Shown one piece after another: positions 50,864-60,192 of a DNA stretch of 64,000 nucleotides (position 1 is its first letter; each line of letters begins with the position of its first letter). This stretch comes from an uncultured Acidobacteriota bacterium (lineage in GTDB: Bacteria; Acidobacteriota; Terriglobia; Terriglobales; Acidobacteriaceae), in the NCBI GenBank assembly GCA_963729325.1, contig CAVSNS010000022.1, forward strand, positions 5,901 to 69,900, in the 5' to 3' direction. The notes under the pieces are model-generated. The model worked only from the letters and a program-made list of their open reading frames with translations. It had not been told where the DNA came from and searched no databases. The position numbers and the translations under genes are program-made.

Positions 50864-52283
50864 ATGGCGAATGACCAAATCAAGTTCGGTACCGACGGCT
50901 GGCGCGGCGTAATCGCTGATGACTTTACGTTCGACAACGTGCGCCGCGTGGCTGGCGCCATTGCCGCTTATGTATTGAAACACGAAGACGCGCAGCGCGG
51001 GGTCATCGTGGGCTACGACACTCGATTTGCCTCGCAGCATGCGGCCAGAGTAGCCGTCGAGATTTTGGCTGGGGCGGGAATCCCAGTCAAGCTGGCCAGA
51101 TGACTACACTCCGACACCTGCGATTTCCTATGCGGTGAAGACCCGGCAAGCCGCTGGCGGAGTGGTTGTCACTTCCAGTCACAATCCATGGAACTGGAAC
51201 GGCATGAAGTTCAAGAGCAAGTTGGGCGGATCGGCCGCTCCTGCGATCATGCGGATAATTGAAGAAGCGCTTCATGCCGGCGCCATGCCTAGCCGCGAAA
51301 AGGCTGCAATTGAAGAAGTTGACCTCAAGCAGCCCTACATTGCGGCCATCTGCGCATTCGCTGATGTTGATCTTATCGCCAAAGCCAAATTCAAGTTTGC
51401 GGTGGATGCGATGTATGGTGCTGGACGGGGCGTGCTGGGACAGATCTTTACCAGTCGTGCTATTCAGCATGTTGCCATCCGTCAGGAGTTAAATCCGTTG
51501 TTCCCAGGAATTAATCCAGAGCCCATCGAACCGCACGTGGCTTTGCTTCAACAGACGGTGGTGAAAGAAAACTGCCATGCCGGCCTAGCAACGGACGGCG
51601 ATGCCGATCGCATCGGCGCAGTGACCGAAGATGGCTCCTTCGTCGATGCGCACAAGGTTTTCTCAATCCTTACGCACTGGCTTTTGGAGCGAAAGAAATG
51701 GTCTGGTGAAATTGTGCGCGCCTTTAATACAACCGGCATGGTAGACCGCATCGCGGCCCGTCATGGACGCAAACTGAATGAGTGCCCAATCGGGTTCAAG
51801 TACGTCACTGATCTCATGAGTGTGCGTGAGATTCTCATCGGCGGCGAAGAATCTGGTGGCATAGGATATTCGCGCTTCCTGCCGGAACGTGACGGCATTC
51901 TCAATTCCCTGCTGCTGGCCAATGTAATGGCCGAAGAAGGCAAGCCGCTTGGCCAACTCGTAGCCGATCTACAGCGCGAGTACGGACCGCACTACTACGG
52001 TCGCCGGGACCTCCACATTTCTGAGGATATAAAGCAGAGGGCAATTCAGCGGGCGGGTTCGGAGCGGGCCAAACGTCTCGGCCCCTACAACATCATTAAG
52101 AAAGAGGGCCTTGACGGTGTGAAGCTCTTTCTCGATGCCCCTACGAATGGCAACGGAGCGCAGCCCTGGGTCTTGCTTCGGGCTTCTGGCACTGAGCCAT
52201 TGCTGCGAATCTATTCCGAGGCGGCATCACCCGAGCTTGTCGCTGAAATTCTGGGCAACGCGGAAGTGTTCGTCAAGGCCTAG
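50864..52283 (+). pseudogene. phosphomannomutase/phosphoglucomutase, one apparent frameshift near 51100
   Basis: FGTDGWRG is the N-terminus. The TSSHNPWNWNG active-site loop and the DGDADR metal loop are present. The gene is split between ORFs 50864..51103 and 51135..52283. Confidence 0.75.
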
Positions 52284-52420
52284 GGGCCGGAAATCAGTCC
52301 GGGTGGCCCACACGCGCATCTAACCACTAGTAACTACCCACTGGCCACTGTACTCCAGGGCCTCGCGTTTCGCATCTGGCAATACGATAATTAAGAAATT
52401 CTAAAGATCGCAGATCGAAG

Positions 52421-53575
52421 ATGAGCTCCGCAACCGCTGCCATTCCGGTTCCAACCGACTCGCCAGAGGCGCGACGCTATAATCGCGTGAAGCGCTGGCT
52501 GGGGGTTAGCGACTTTGTCTTGGGACTGGTGCTCCTGCTCGCGTTGTTGGTGACAGGATGGAGCAACAGCTTGCGCGATCTCGCCTATCGGGCTGCCTTT
52601 CAAAACTATACCCTGGCCGTTTTTCTCTACGTTTTGATGCTGATGACAGCTGGCAAACTGCTTGGATTGGGACTCGAGTACTACGGCTTCCGCCTGGAGC
52701 GCCGATTCCAGCTATCCAATCAAAGGTTGCGCTCCTGGGTTTGGGACGAGTTCAAAGCTTTCTTGGTCGGTCTCGTCATTGCAGTGATCTTTGCCGAGTT
52801 GTTGTACTTCATTCTTCGGCAAGCCCCACAATACTGGTGGTTTATTGCCTGGGCAACATTTCTGATGCTGTTCGTCTTGATGGCTCAACTGGCGCCTGTT
52901 GTCCTTTTTCCCATCTTCTACAAGTTCGAACCGCTAAAAAATGAAGAGTTGAAAGCCCGGTTGGTACGGCTCAGCGAGCAGGCGGGGACGCAGGTGCGGG
53001 GTGTCTACCAATGGAAGCTTTCGGAAAAGAGTAAGAAGGCGAACGCCGCCTTGACGGGCCTCGGCGCCACCAGACGCATCATTCTGGCTGATACATTGCT
53101 CGACAATTATTCGGCGGACGAAATTGAAGCCGTACTGGCGCACGAACTCGGCCACCATGTGCATCGGCATATCCTCAAGAGCATCGCAGTGCAGGCGGGG
53201 ATAACGCTCATGGGTTTCTGGGCTGCGAACTGGATCCTGCACTATACGGTCGACCGCATGCACATGTTTGAGACCTTGTCTGATTTTGCTAATCTGCCGC
53301 TGCTGGCTTTGGTCTCGACTGTGCTGTCATTGCTAGTCTTGCCGGCGTTGAACGCTTATTCCCGTTACAACGAGCGCCAGGCCGATCGCTATGCCTTCTG
53401 TTCTATCCCCAAAGTCGACCCTTTCATCTCCTCGATGAACAAGCTGGCGCAGCAAAATCTGGCCGAGCGTTCCCCATCCAAGTGGGTGGAATGGTTTTTC
53501 CACTCGCATCCGGCAATTTCCCGGCGCGTGGCCGCTGCCGAGGCTTGGAAAAAAATGCAACCGAGCGCTGTCTAG
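52421..53575 (+). CDS. M48 family (Ste24/HtpX-like) membrane metallopeptidase
   Basis: HELGHHVH motif and a multi-TM N-terminal half. Confidence 0.8.
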   Translation: MSSATAAIPVPTDSPEARRYNRVKRWLGVSDFVLGLVLLLALLVTGWSNSLRDLAYRAAFQNYTLAVFLYVLMLMTAGKLLGLGLEYYGFRLERRFQLSNQRLRSWVWDEFKAFLVGLVIAVIFAELLYFILRQAPQYWWFIAWATFLMLFVLMAQLAPVVLFPIFYKFEPLKNEELKARLVRLSEQAGTQVRGVYQWKLSEKSKKANAALTGLGATRRIILADTLLDNYSADEIEAVLAHELGHHVHRHILKSIAVQAGITLMGFWAANWILHYTVDRMHMFETLSDFANLPLLALVSTVLSLLVLPALNAYSRYNERQADRYAFCSIPKVDPFISSMNKLAQQNLAERSPSKWVEWFFHSHPAISRRVAAAEAWKKMQPSAV

Positions 53576-54303
53576 ACAGCTTTTTTGGCGGCCTGCAGGA
53601 TGGCTTCCACCCGCCCTAGATCTTCCTCCGTATCGACTCCCACGGTGTCGAAGGGCGTTTCTCTTACATATATCGGAATTCCATTTTCCAGAAAGCGCAA
53701 TTGCTCCAATCGTTCAGTGTTCTCTAACGGAGATTCGTGAAACTCGACAAATCGGTTCAGCGCCGACTTACGATAGGCATAGAAGCCGAGATGCTTGAAG
53801 AAGGATGGGTTCGCCGCATCGCGATCGTAGGGAATTGTGGCACGGGAGAAGTAAAGTGCGCGGCCAGTTCTGTCGGTGACGACCTTCACCGCATTCGGAC
53901 TGTTGATGTCCTCCGCTTGCGCAAGCGTTTTCAATGTCCCAACCTGGACACTTAAATCTTCCATCACATCGAGTAGCACAGCAATGTGCTCGAGGCGAAT
54001 GAGCGGCTCATCACCCTGAACATTGAGATAAACATCTGCCACCACCGATTGCGAGACTTCGTGCACGCGTTCGGTTCCACTGCGATGTGACATCGCGGTC
54101 AATTGTGCTTTCCAGCCGTTGTGCCGGCAAACTCCGATAATCTCATCCGAATCGGTGGCAATGATGACATCATGAAGTAAGGGTGAGGATCGCACAGCTT
54201 CATACACCCGGCCAATCAGTGGCTGCCCGGCGATCTCGCGCAACATCTTGCGCGACAGCCGGGTGGAAGCGAGGCGAGCAGGAATTACAGCGATGGCCTT
54301 CAT
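53572..54303 (-). CDS. kdsB: 3-deoxy-manno-octulosonate cytidylyltransferase
   Basis: AVIPARLASTRLSRK and NVQGDEPLI motifs. Confidence 0.85.
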   Translation of the reverse strand: MKAIAVIPARLASTRLSRKMLREIAGQPLIGRVYEAVRSSPLLHDVIIATDSDEIIGVCRHNGWKAQLTAMSHRSGTERVHEVSQSVVADVYLNVQGDEPLIRLEHIAVLLDVMEDLSVQVGTLKTLAQAEDINSPNAVKVVTDRTGRALYFSRATIPYDRDAANPSFFKHLGFYAYRKSALNRFVEFHESPLENTERLEQLRFLENGIPIYVRETPFDTVGVDTEEDLGRVEAILQAAKKAV

Positions 54304-54383
54304 CCCGTCCTAGTGTCAATTTTCTCCCCCCAGTTGCAATAGGCCGCCACCTGAAAGCGTTTGAGCGAGAAAGAAGCTGCGAC

Positions 54384-55028
54384 TCAGTGTTTGGCGTGAA
54401 ATACATGCGTTTGGACGTCCGGCCAGAACTCCGTGAAGCCATTTTTTCCCATGAGTCCGAGAAACCCCCACAGGGTGCGAAGCAACGCGCTCCGCGTATT
54501 GGCCTCGCTATCGGCCCGCCAGGTGTTGGAGAGGAAGTTGTTTCCAGGGGTAGAAATATATCTGGCATAGGCAGGCGTGAGTTGGCCGTTGCGATTATGG
54601 GCCAGGAAGGTCATAATCACGACATTCTCCAGCCTTCCCTTGAAGGGCTGGCGGTAGGCCCGAAAATAGCGGGGATCTTCTTTCCAGAGCGCGCCCAATC
54701 CCGCTTCGATGGCATTGCCAGTTGAGACGCCCGTGAGCCGCATCCCGTAGCGCTTGCCAAAACCCGTCCACGAACCCCCATATTCTTTCGGGGTGTCCCG
54801 GGCAGTGCCAAAGCCGGCAGTGAAGAGACCCACGGTGAGAGTCTCTGGGCCGACGGTGCTATCGACGAACCACTTCACGCGCTGGCTGCCGGTAATGTAA
54901 TGGTATGGCTTGATAGAAAAAGAGGCAGAATTGGGTAGATCATCTTGTTCAGCTTTCGCCGTCTGTGCCGGAGCAATCCCGGTAACTGCGAGGAAAATTA
55001 CGACCACCAGCAAGTATTTATGATTCAC
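54384..55028 (-). CDS. hypothetical secreted protein
   Basis: 214 aa with the signal peptide YLLVVVIFLAVTGIAPAQT. Confidence 0.45.
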   Translation of the reverse strand: MNHKYLLVVVIFLAVTGIAPAQTAKAEQDDLPNSASFSIKPYHYITGSQRVKWFVDSTVGPETLTVGLFTAGFGTARDTPKEYGGSWTGFGKRYGMRLTGVSTGNAIEAGLGALWKEDPRYFRAYRQPFKGRLENVVIMTFLAHNRNGQLTPAYARYISTPGNNFLSNTWRADSEANTRSALLRTLWGFLGLMGKNGFTEFWPDVQTHVFHAKH

Positions 55029-55239
55029 GTGATATTAGGTGCCACGAAACCAGTGAAGGTGCCAACTAATTGTACCTGCGAGGTCAGTCGAACGGGTTGA
55101 ACATCATGCTATGTAGGGTTTGGCCCAAGGGTTGCCGGGCAGTCGTCCTATGATACGATTTAGATCGTCGGAGCTGGCATTTAGGGGCGTGCGCTATGCA
55201 CCGATCGGGATATCCCTCCAAATTAATTCCATCCCAAGT

Positions 55240-55316
55240 GGCGGCGTAGCTCAGGTGGCTAGAGCGACGGTCTCATAATCCGTAGGTCGTTGGTTCGAGT
55301 CCAACCGCCGCCACCA
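55240..55316 (+). tRNA. tRNA with CAU anticodon (elongator Met or Ile2 type); integration target
   Basis: GGCGGCG TA GCTC AGGTGGCTA GAGC G ACGGT CTCATAA TCCGT AGGTC GTTGG TTCGAGT CCAAC CGCCGCC A CCA, folded by hand. The 3' half is overlapped by the integrase ORF on the opposite strand. Confidence 0.9.
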
Positions 55317-56539
55317 GTACTTTCAAGCACCTGGAGAATATCCGGCGGAACCCCCATTTCGCCTTGTTGCGCGGGGGTTGCGGATTGTTGCGGAGTTGTT
55401 TCTGCCTCTTCTGCCCGGACCCCGTCAAGCCTGTCTACGAAGCAAACATCGGCACCGGGAATCAGGTGGCCGTAAATGTCGACTGTGACCTGAATGGAAC
55501 TGTGCCCCATTTGCTCTTTCACGTAGACAATGGAGGCGCCGTTTTGGAGAAGTAAAGAGCCGAAGGTGTGGCGGAGATCGTGCAGGCGAATCCTACGAAT
55601 GCCAGCCTTGGCCAGCACGGGAAGAAATACGCGATGGTAGAGATTGTCGGGGTCGAGGATCGTCCCTTCCGGTGACCGAAAGACGAGTTCGTCGGAGATG
55701 TCGTTCTCGTCTTTCAGGTAAGCCTCCAACAGACGCTTGTCTCGAAGTTCGACGAGCACCCGTCTAAGCTCGCGGGATAGATCCACCCGTCTTGATTTCT
55801 TGCTTTTCGTTGTCGTGTGCTCGCGGTGCACGTAGTTGTGCTGCACCAGAATGAAGCGCGCAGAGTCATTGTCATCGCCGCCAAGCTGGACGTCGCCCCA
55901 CTGGAGCGCCACGAGTTCTCCGCGGCGCAGTCCGGCGCGCACTGCCATCATTAAGAGGGGATGGTAATCCGGGAAAATCTCCTGAGCAGCCTTCAGGAAC
56001 TGCTGAACCTCCATGGTGGTGAGCGCGATACCCTTGGTTTCGGGTGTCTTGGCCGAGCGCGTGAAACGGCCCAGGCGGGCCGCTGGGTTGAACTCGACAA
56101 ACCCCTCCTCAATGGCATAGTTGAACAAGCTGCGGATGACGCACAGCGCGTTGCGGATGGTGTTGCGCGATAGATCTTCGCTGATTAGGTGATTGATCAG
56201 CGCCTTGATGTCATCCCGCCGGATCTCATTGAGTACCTTCTTCCCAAATCGCGGGCGCAAATACTGTTCGAGAACCCCCTCGTAACCGTTGGCGGTTGAA
56301 GTCTTGCACTCGATCCGTACATAGTCCCTCAGCCAGCTGTCCGCATATACGTCAAAGGTAGGTTTCTTGTCGTCCGTAGTATCGAGGATGCTGAGGTCCC
56401 CGAGCGCGAGCTTCGCCTCAACCTGTCGGCGAACCTGCTCCGCCGCCTCTCGGCTCCCGACGCATTTCGCCTTGCGACGCCCATGGTAGTCGACTACCAC
56501 GTACCACTTGGCGCCCTTCTTGCGAACCTTCACACCCAT
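55259..56539 (-). CDS. tyrosine-type site-specific integrase
   Basis: 426 aa. AGLRRGE, HDLRHTFGS and GHSSIQVTVDIYGHL are the catalytic boxes. The 3' end reads through the antisense of the tRNA. Confidence 0.9.
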   Translation of the reverse strand: MGVKVRKKGAKWYVVVDYHGRRKAKCVGSREAAEQVRRQVEAKLALGDLSILDTTDDKKPTFDVYADSWLRDYVRIECKTSTANGYEGVLEQYLRPRFGKKVLNEIRRDDIKALINHLISEDLSRNTIRNALCVIRSLFNYAIEEGFVEFNPAARLGRFTRSAKTPETKGIALTTMEVQQFLKAAQEIFPDYHPLLMMAVRAGLRRGELVALQWGDVQLGGDDNDSARFILVQHNYVHREHTTTKSKKSRRVDLSRELRRVLVELRDKRLLEAYLKDENDISDELVFRSPEGTILDPDNLYHRVFLPVLAKAGIRRIRLHDLRHTFGSLLLQNGASIVYVKEQMGHSSIQVTVDIYGHLIPGADVCFVDRLDGVRAEEAETTPQQSATPAQQGEMGVPPDILQVLESTGGGGWTRTNDLRIMRPSL

Positions 56540-56787
56540 CAGTCCGTCCCCTTTACGCCTGCGACTAATTCATCCACGATACAACCTATGTCAATATTGG
56601 CTACCTGGTGAGCTTCCAGCCAGCGGTCGAACTCGCTGCGGCGAACCAATATCTTGCACCCCACGCGCACGGCCGGCAGCGGGTCAACGCAGCGATGGAT
56701 CCACTCGCGCAGAGTTCGATTCGATAGACAGGCGTACTCTTGGAGTGCCTTTAGGTCCAACCATTCGGGTTGTCGCTGTTCAATCAT
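56539..56787 (-). CDS. excisionase / AlpA-like HTH DNA-binding protein
   Basis: 82 aa. LDLKALQEYACLSNRTLREWI...ILVRRSEFDRWLE. Its stop overlaps the integrase start. Confidence 0.6.
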   Translation of the reverse strand: MIEQRQPEWLDLKALQEYACLSNRTLREWIHRCVDPLPAVRVGCKILVRRSEFDRWLEAHQVANIDIGCIVDELVAGVKGTD

Positions 56788-56821
56788 CGAGCCTGCGATT
56801 CGTGCCTCCGCTTTGATCTCC

Positions 56822-56839
56822 TTGTGACACTTGTGACAC
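56822..56839. promoter_or_regulatory. two abutting direct copies of TTGTGACAC upstream of the excisionase gene
   Basis: CTTGTGACACTTGTGACAC at 56821-56839. The inverted half-site GTCACAAG is at 56898-56905. A TATATA box follows at about 56847. Confidence 0.4.
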
Positions 56840-57284
56840 TTTCTCCTATATAGGGCGTTCGCGCGCGTGCGAGTGGACGGGAATAACAGGTTGATCCGTC
56901 ACAAGCGTCACGGAGTCTCTGTTGAGCGAGATTCCGAGAAAGCCGAGCCCGGTCCGATTTCGTTGCGGAACGAATCCTCTGAATGTCCAGCCCGAGCCTA
57001 GTTCGACCATGACGAATGAGTCCAAGACTTCCTCGTCGTCGATTGATAGCTATTCACTATGCTTGTTGCATTCAAGCATTGTCCCCACCGAGCACCGCCC
57101 CTCGAACTCCCAGTTGCAGCTTCGAGAAACGAAAACGATCGCGACTCGAAGAGATCAGACCAAAACCATTCCAAGTCAAGCCCGGATCACTGCCCTACTC
57201 CGGCAGCTTAGGACACAGTTGCCTTGTGAGCCGTGATGGACAGTCCCGCTTTATCGCACCAGCCGGGTTAGTTTGCCTGCGCGT

Positions 57285-57349
57285 GCGTGCGTGTCAAGGT
57301 GCTTCGCCCGCGAACGCGGCGCACCTCAGTCCGACCTTGACACACACGC
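57285..57349. repeat. 16-bp imperfect inverted repeat (15/16) with 33-nt spacer; candidate origin/oriT-type site
   Basis: GCGTGCGTGTCAAGGT (57285-57300) pairs with ACCTTGACACACACGC (57334-57349). The spacer contains the mini-palindrome CCGCGAACGCGG. Confidence 0.6.
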
Positions 57350-57519
57350 CCTAGCGCAGGCCGCGCTCCGCCATGGTTCGAATGAGCCTTTCCTGCGCTG
57401 CGCGTCCGCGGCAGCCAAGTCCCCAGCGCAAGTCATAGTCTCCAACTATCAAACAGAGCCAGCAAAATCTTGGACTGGCACACCGCTCGCTGGCTACCAT
57501 CCCTCATCACTAGCCCGAT

Positions 57520-58590
57520 TTGGTCCCCACCATGCGACTCGACTTTGGCATTCCCGACGATATTCCCGACGCTCGCAGGGAGCGCGACTCCGAGCGCCGG
57601 CCAAGCCAGGCTTCGCACACGCCTCGCTCGATCCCGGCTCTGCCGCCGACGCCGCTCGAACGCCGGCGCGAGATCATGAAAGAACAGGCATCCAACAAAC
57701 GCCCGCTCGACATTTCCAAATCCACGAGGCAGCGTGGACCGGACCGCCCCAGGTCCGAACGGAAGCGGGAACTCTCCCCGGAACGGCAACTGGAAGTCCA
57801 ACGGCGAATCGGCCGAGACCACCTTCCCCCACGCTATCTTGGTCTCCAGATCCGGCCCGAGGAGGTGAAACTGCTAACCGAAGTCGGGCGGCTTCGGGTC
57901 ATCACCGCGCGCGATCTCAGCGAAACCGTTTATCGCGGACAGAAGGGGCAGCTCAGCCGCGATCTTCAATTCCTGCGAGACAAGGATTTGATCTCCACCG
58001 ACTTCGTCAACGCCCGCCGCGACGGACGACTCAAGAAAGTCGAGCGAATCGAGGTCGTTACCCTAACCAGAACTGGCCGAGCCCTGGTCCGGCAGAGCGG
58101 TGAGCTACGTCCGGATCAGGAAGTGTATGCTGGCCTGGTCAAGCGGCGCGAGGTTGAGCATGACTCCCAGATCTACCGTGCTTATCTGAAAGAGGCAGGC
58201 CGGATCGAGCGCCTCGGTGGCAAAAATCCTCGCATTGCCCTCGACTTCGAGTTGAAAGCCAAGGTTCAGCGAGCGATCTATCACGAGCGAAAAGCCAATC
58301 CCGAGCGCGACCTGCAGGAGATCCGGCAGCAAGTCGCCGACGAGATCAAGCTTCCTGTGGTCGACGGACAGATTCAGATTCCCGACGCACGCATCGAATA
58401 CGAGCTCGACCAGGGAGCCCGGACTGCCTTCTCTGACATCGAAGTCGCGACCGCCGCCTACCGTCCCGGCCATCTCCGCGCCAAGGCACAAGCCGGTTTC
58501 CGCATCTATGCCTCATCTCGCGATCGCTCCCGTTTGAGTGCGCAAATCGAAGGCGAGCACCATATGCTCGACCGCATTCTCGATCTCTGA
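57520..58590 (+). CDS. Replic_Relax (replication-relaxation)-like protein; start uncertain
   Basis: 356 aa. The N-terminus is charged and looks disordered. A wHTH-like LLTEVGRLRVITARDL...LQFLRDKDLI follows. Then come EVEHDSQIYRAYL, IPDARIEYE and SDIEVAT, a PD-(D/E)-like pattern I associate with this family. Confidence 0.45.
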   Translation: MVPTMRLDFGIPDDIPDARRERDSERRPSQASHTPRSIPALPPTPLERRREIMKEQASNKRPLDISKSTRQRGPDRPRSERKRELSPERQLEVQRRIGRDHLPPRYLGLQIRPEEVKLLTEVGRLRVITARDLSETVYRGQKGQLSRDLQFLRDKDLISTDFVNARRDGRLKKVERIEVVTLTRTGRALVRQSGELRPDQEVYAGLVKRREVEHDSQIYRAYLKEAGRIERLGGKNPRIALDFELKAKVQRAIYHERKANPERDLQEIRQQVADEIKLPVVDGQIQIPDARIEYELDQGARTAFSDIEVATAAYRPGHLRAKAQAGFRIYASSRDRSRLSAQIEGEHHMLDRILDL

Positions 58591-59639
58591 TGAACCGCGA
58601 TCCTATTCCGTTCATCGAGGAACTCGGCTACGCACCCCGCGAAGCCACCTTCCTCTATGCCGTTGGCATGCACTCGGGCTACTTCCTCCGCCGCCAGTTT
58701 GATGGGTACATCGGCCGGGTTAAGGGAGCCATCTCCCAGCATTTTCTAAACAAGGCGGAGCGCCGTGGCCACATCCGCGCGCTCGACTACGGCCAGAACC
58801 GCAAGGTATTTCATCTCTACTGGAAGCCGATCTATCGACTGCTGGGCGACGAGGACTCCCAGCACCGGCGCGTGAAGGGCGACTTGCAGGTCAAGATTCG
58901 ACTGATGATCTTGGACTATGTTTTGCGGGACACGCAGGAACATTTCCTGGAGACGGAGCAATCGAAGGTCGAGTTTTTTACTCGATCGTGCGGCCTCTCC
59001 GCCGACCTGCTACCGGTAGGTGGTTCCACAAAGCGGTATTTCCCGGACCGCTTTCCGGTTTCGACGCTGCCGCACGGACGAGACAAGGATCCGACGATCC
59101 GCTTTGCCTTCATTGATGAAGGGTTGTTCTCACGGCGGAAGTTCGAACGCTTTGTCCTCCAGCATGAGAGGCTTTTCCGCGCTCTCGGACGGTTTACGGT
59201 CGTTTATGTTGCCGACGCTCAGCGAAACTTCTCGGCCGCCGACAAATATCTCGCTCATCGTTTCCCACGGTACCCTGATGCGCTGAGGGAGGAAGACTTC
59301 CCACTCGGGATCGAACACTTCCTCGAATACCTGGAAGCGAGCGACGTGTTCGATAACACCCGGCTGGTCCCGACTCGGAGGGAACTGGATGTCCTGGAGG
59401 AAGGCGAACGCGTTTACACCGCACCCATCCACTCCCAACTGGAAACCGACTGGTACGAAGATCGCATCAGCCTCGATCAGATTTCCGAGCGATACGCTCG
59501 CGGTCGGAACAACGCGCCGTTTGAAACCTTGTTGCTCCCGTTCAAATATCCAGTGCTTGAGCACCGACGTTCTCGCGGAGGTGTCGATGAGTCGGTGCTA
59601 ATGAGGACTCTACCCTTGCCACTCACCGCACATGACTAA
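58590..59639 (+). CDS. second Replic_Relax-like paralogue
   Basis: 349 aa. The start overlaps the upstream stop (TGATG). FLYAVGMHSGYFLRRQF...RGHIRAL is wHTH-like. RLMILDYVL and FPDRFPV...FAFIDEGLFS follow. Confidence 0.45.
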   Translation: MNRDPIPFIEELGYAPREATFLYAVGMHSGYFLRRQFDGYIGRVKGAISQHFLNKAERRGHIRALDYGQNRKVFHLYWKPIYRLLGDEDSQHRRVKGDLQVKIRLMILDYVLRDTQEHFLETEQSKVEFFTRSCGLSADLLPVGGSTKRYFPDRFPVSTLPHGRDKDPTIRFAFIDEGLFSRRKFERFVLQHERLFRALGRFTVVYVADAQRNFSAADKYLAHRFPRYPDALREEDFPLGIEHFLEYLEASDVFDNTRLVPTRRELDVLEEGERVYTAPIHSQLETDWYEDRISLDQISERYARGRNNAPFETLLLPFKYPVLEHRRSRGGVDESVLMRTLPLPLTAHD

Positions 59640-59695
59640 CTACCGCGGCACCAATCAGATGCACAGCGCATGCGGTCTGAGAATGTTGCCGGCTA

Positions 59696-59761
59696 AGGGC
59701 GGGAACGACCCCGCCTCTGGCTGCCGCGCGTCGGCAGACGCGCTGGTCGTTCCCGCCCTTT
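59696..59761. repeat. perfect 16-bp inverted repeat with self-pairing 34-nt loop (terminator or recognition structure)
   Basis: AAGGGCGGGAACGACC (59696-59711) pairs with GGTCGTTCCCGCCCTT (59746-59761). The loop holds GCGCGTC/GACGCGC. A second 10-bp hairpin, CAGATCAGTT/AACTGATCTG, lies at 59797-59826. Confidence 0.6.
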
Positions 59762-59871
59762 GCCTGGAGAGCGCAGAGCAGAACCAGATCATCCTCAGAT
59801 CAGTTTGGCATCTCGAACTGATCTGAAGCTGATCCGCACTGGGTCATAGAGTCGGCGTCCGAGGAGAGGTC

Positions 59872-60192
59872 ATGAGCAAGTTCAAGATCGAAAAAGGCGT
59901 AAGTCGAATCAATCGCGTCAAACTCCAGGCATCGATCGAGGAGCCAGTTGCTACCGAGCTGGCGCTCATGTGCGAGTGGTCGAATAACGATCGGAACTAC
60001 GTGGCAAACGAGCTACTGCGTTTCGCATTGTCCCAGGACGGCGAGTTTCAGGCCTACAAAGAATCTGTAAACCTCTCGGCTCGAGGAAAGGCCCAAGGGT
60101 CAACGAACTCCGCCCGGCTAAGACCGAAGCCGCTGTCACAGAATCCACTTCTGGTACTCGTCAGTAGGGAAACGATATGGTTGACGGACTGA
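59872..60192 (+). CDS. possible ribbon-helix-helix (CopG-like) protein
   Basis: 106 aa. VKLQASIEEPVATELALMCEWSNNDRNYVANELLRFAL fits a strand-helix-helix pattern. GAGGAGAGG lies upstream of the ATG. Confidence 0.4.
   Translation: MSKFKIEKGVSRINRVKLQASIEEPVATELALMCEWSNNDRNYVANELLRFALSQDGEFQAYKESVNLSARGKAQGSTNSARLRPKPLSQNPLLVLVSRETIWLTD

Noticed and set aside
57273-58103. 276-aa Arg/Pro/Ala-rich ORF and neighbouring ORFs 56922..57354
   Set aside because: Their composition is typical of out-of-frame or non-coding GC-rich DNA. They overlap the better-supported 57520..58590 frame and the repeat-rich leader.
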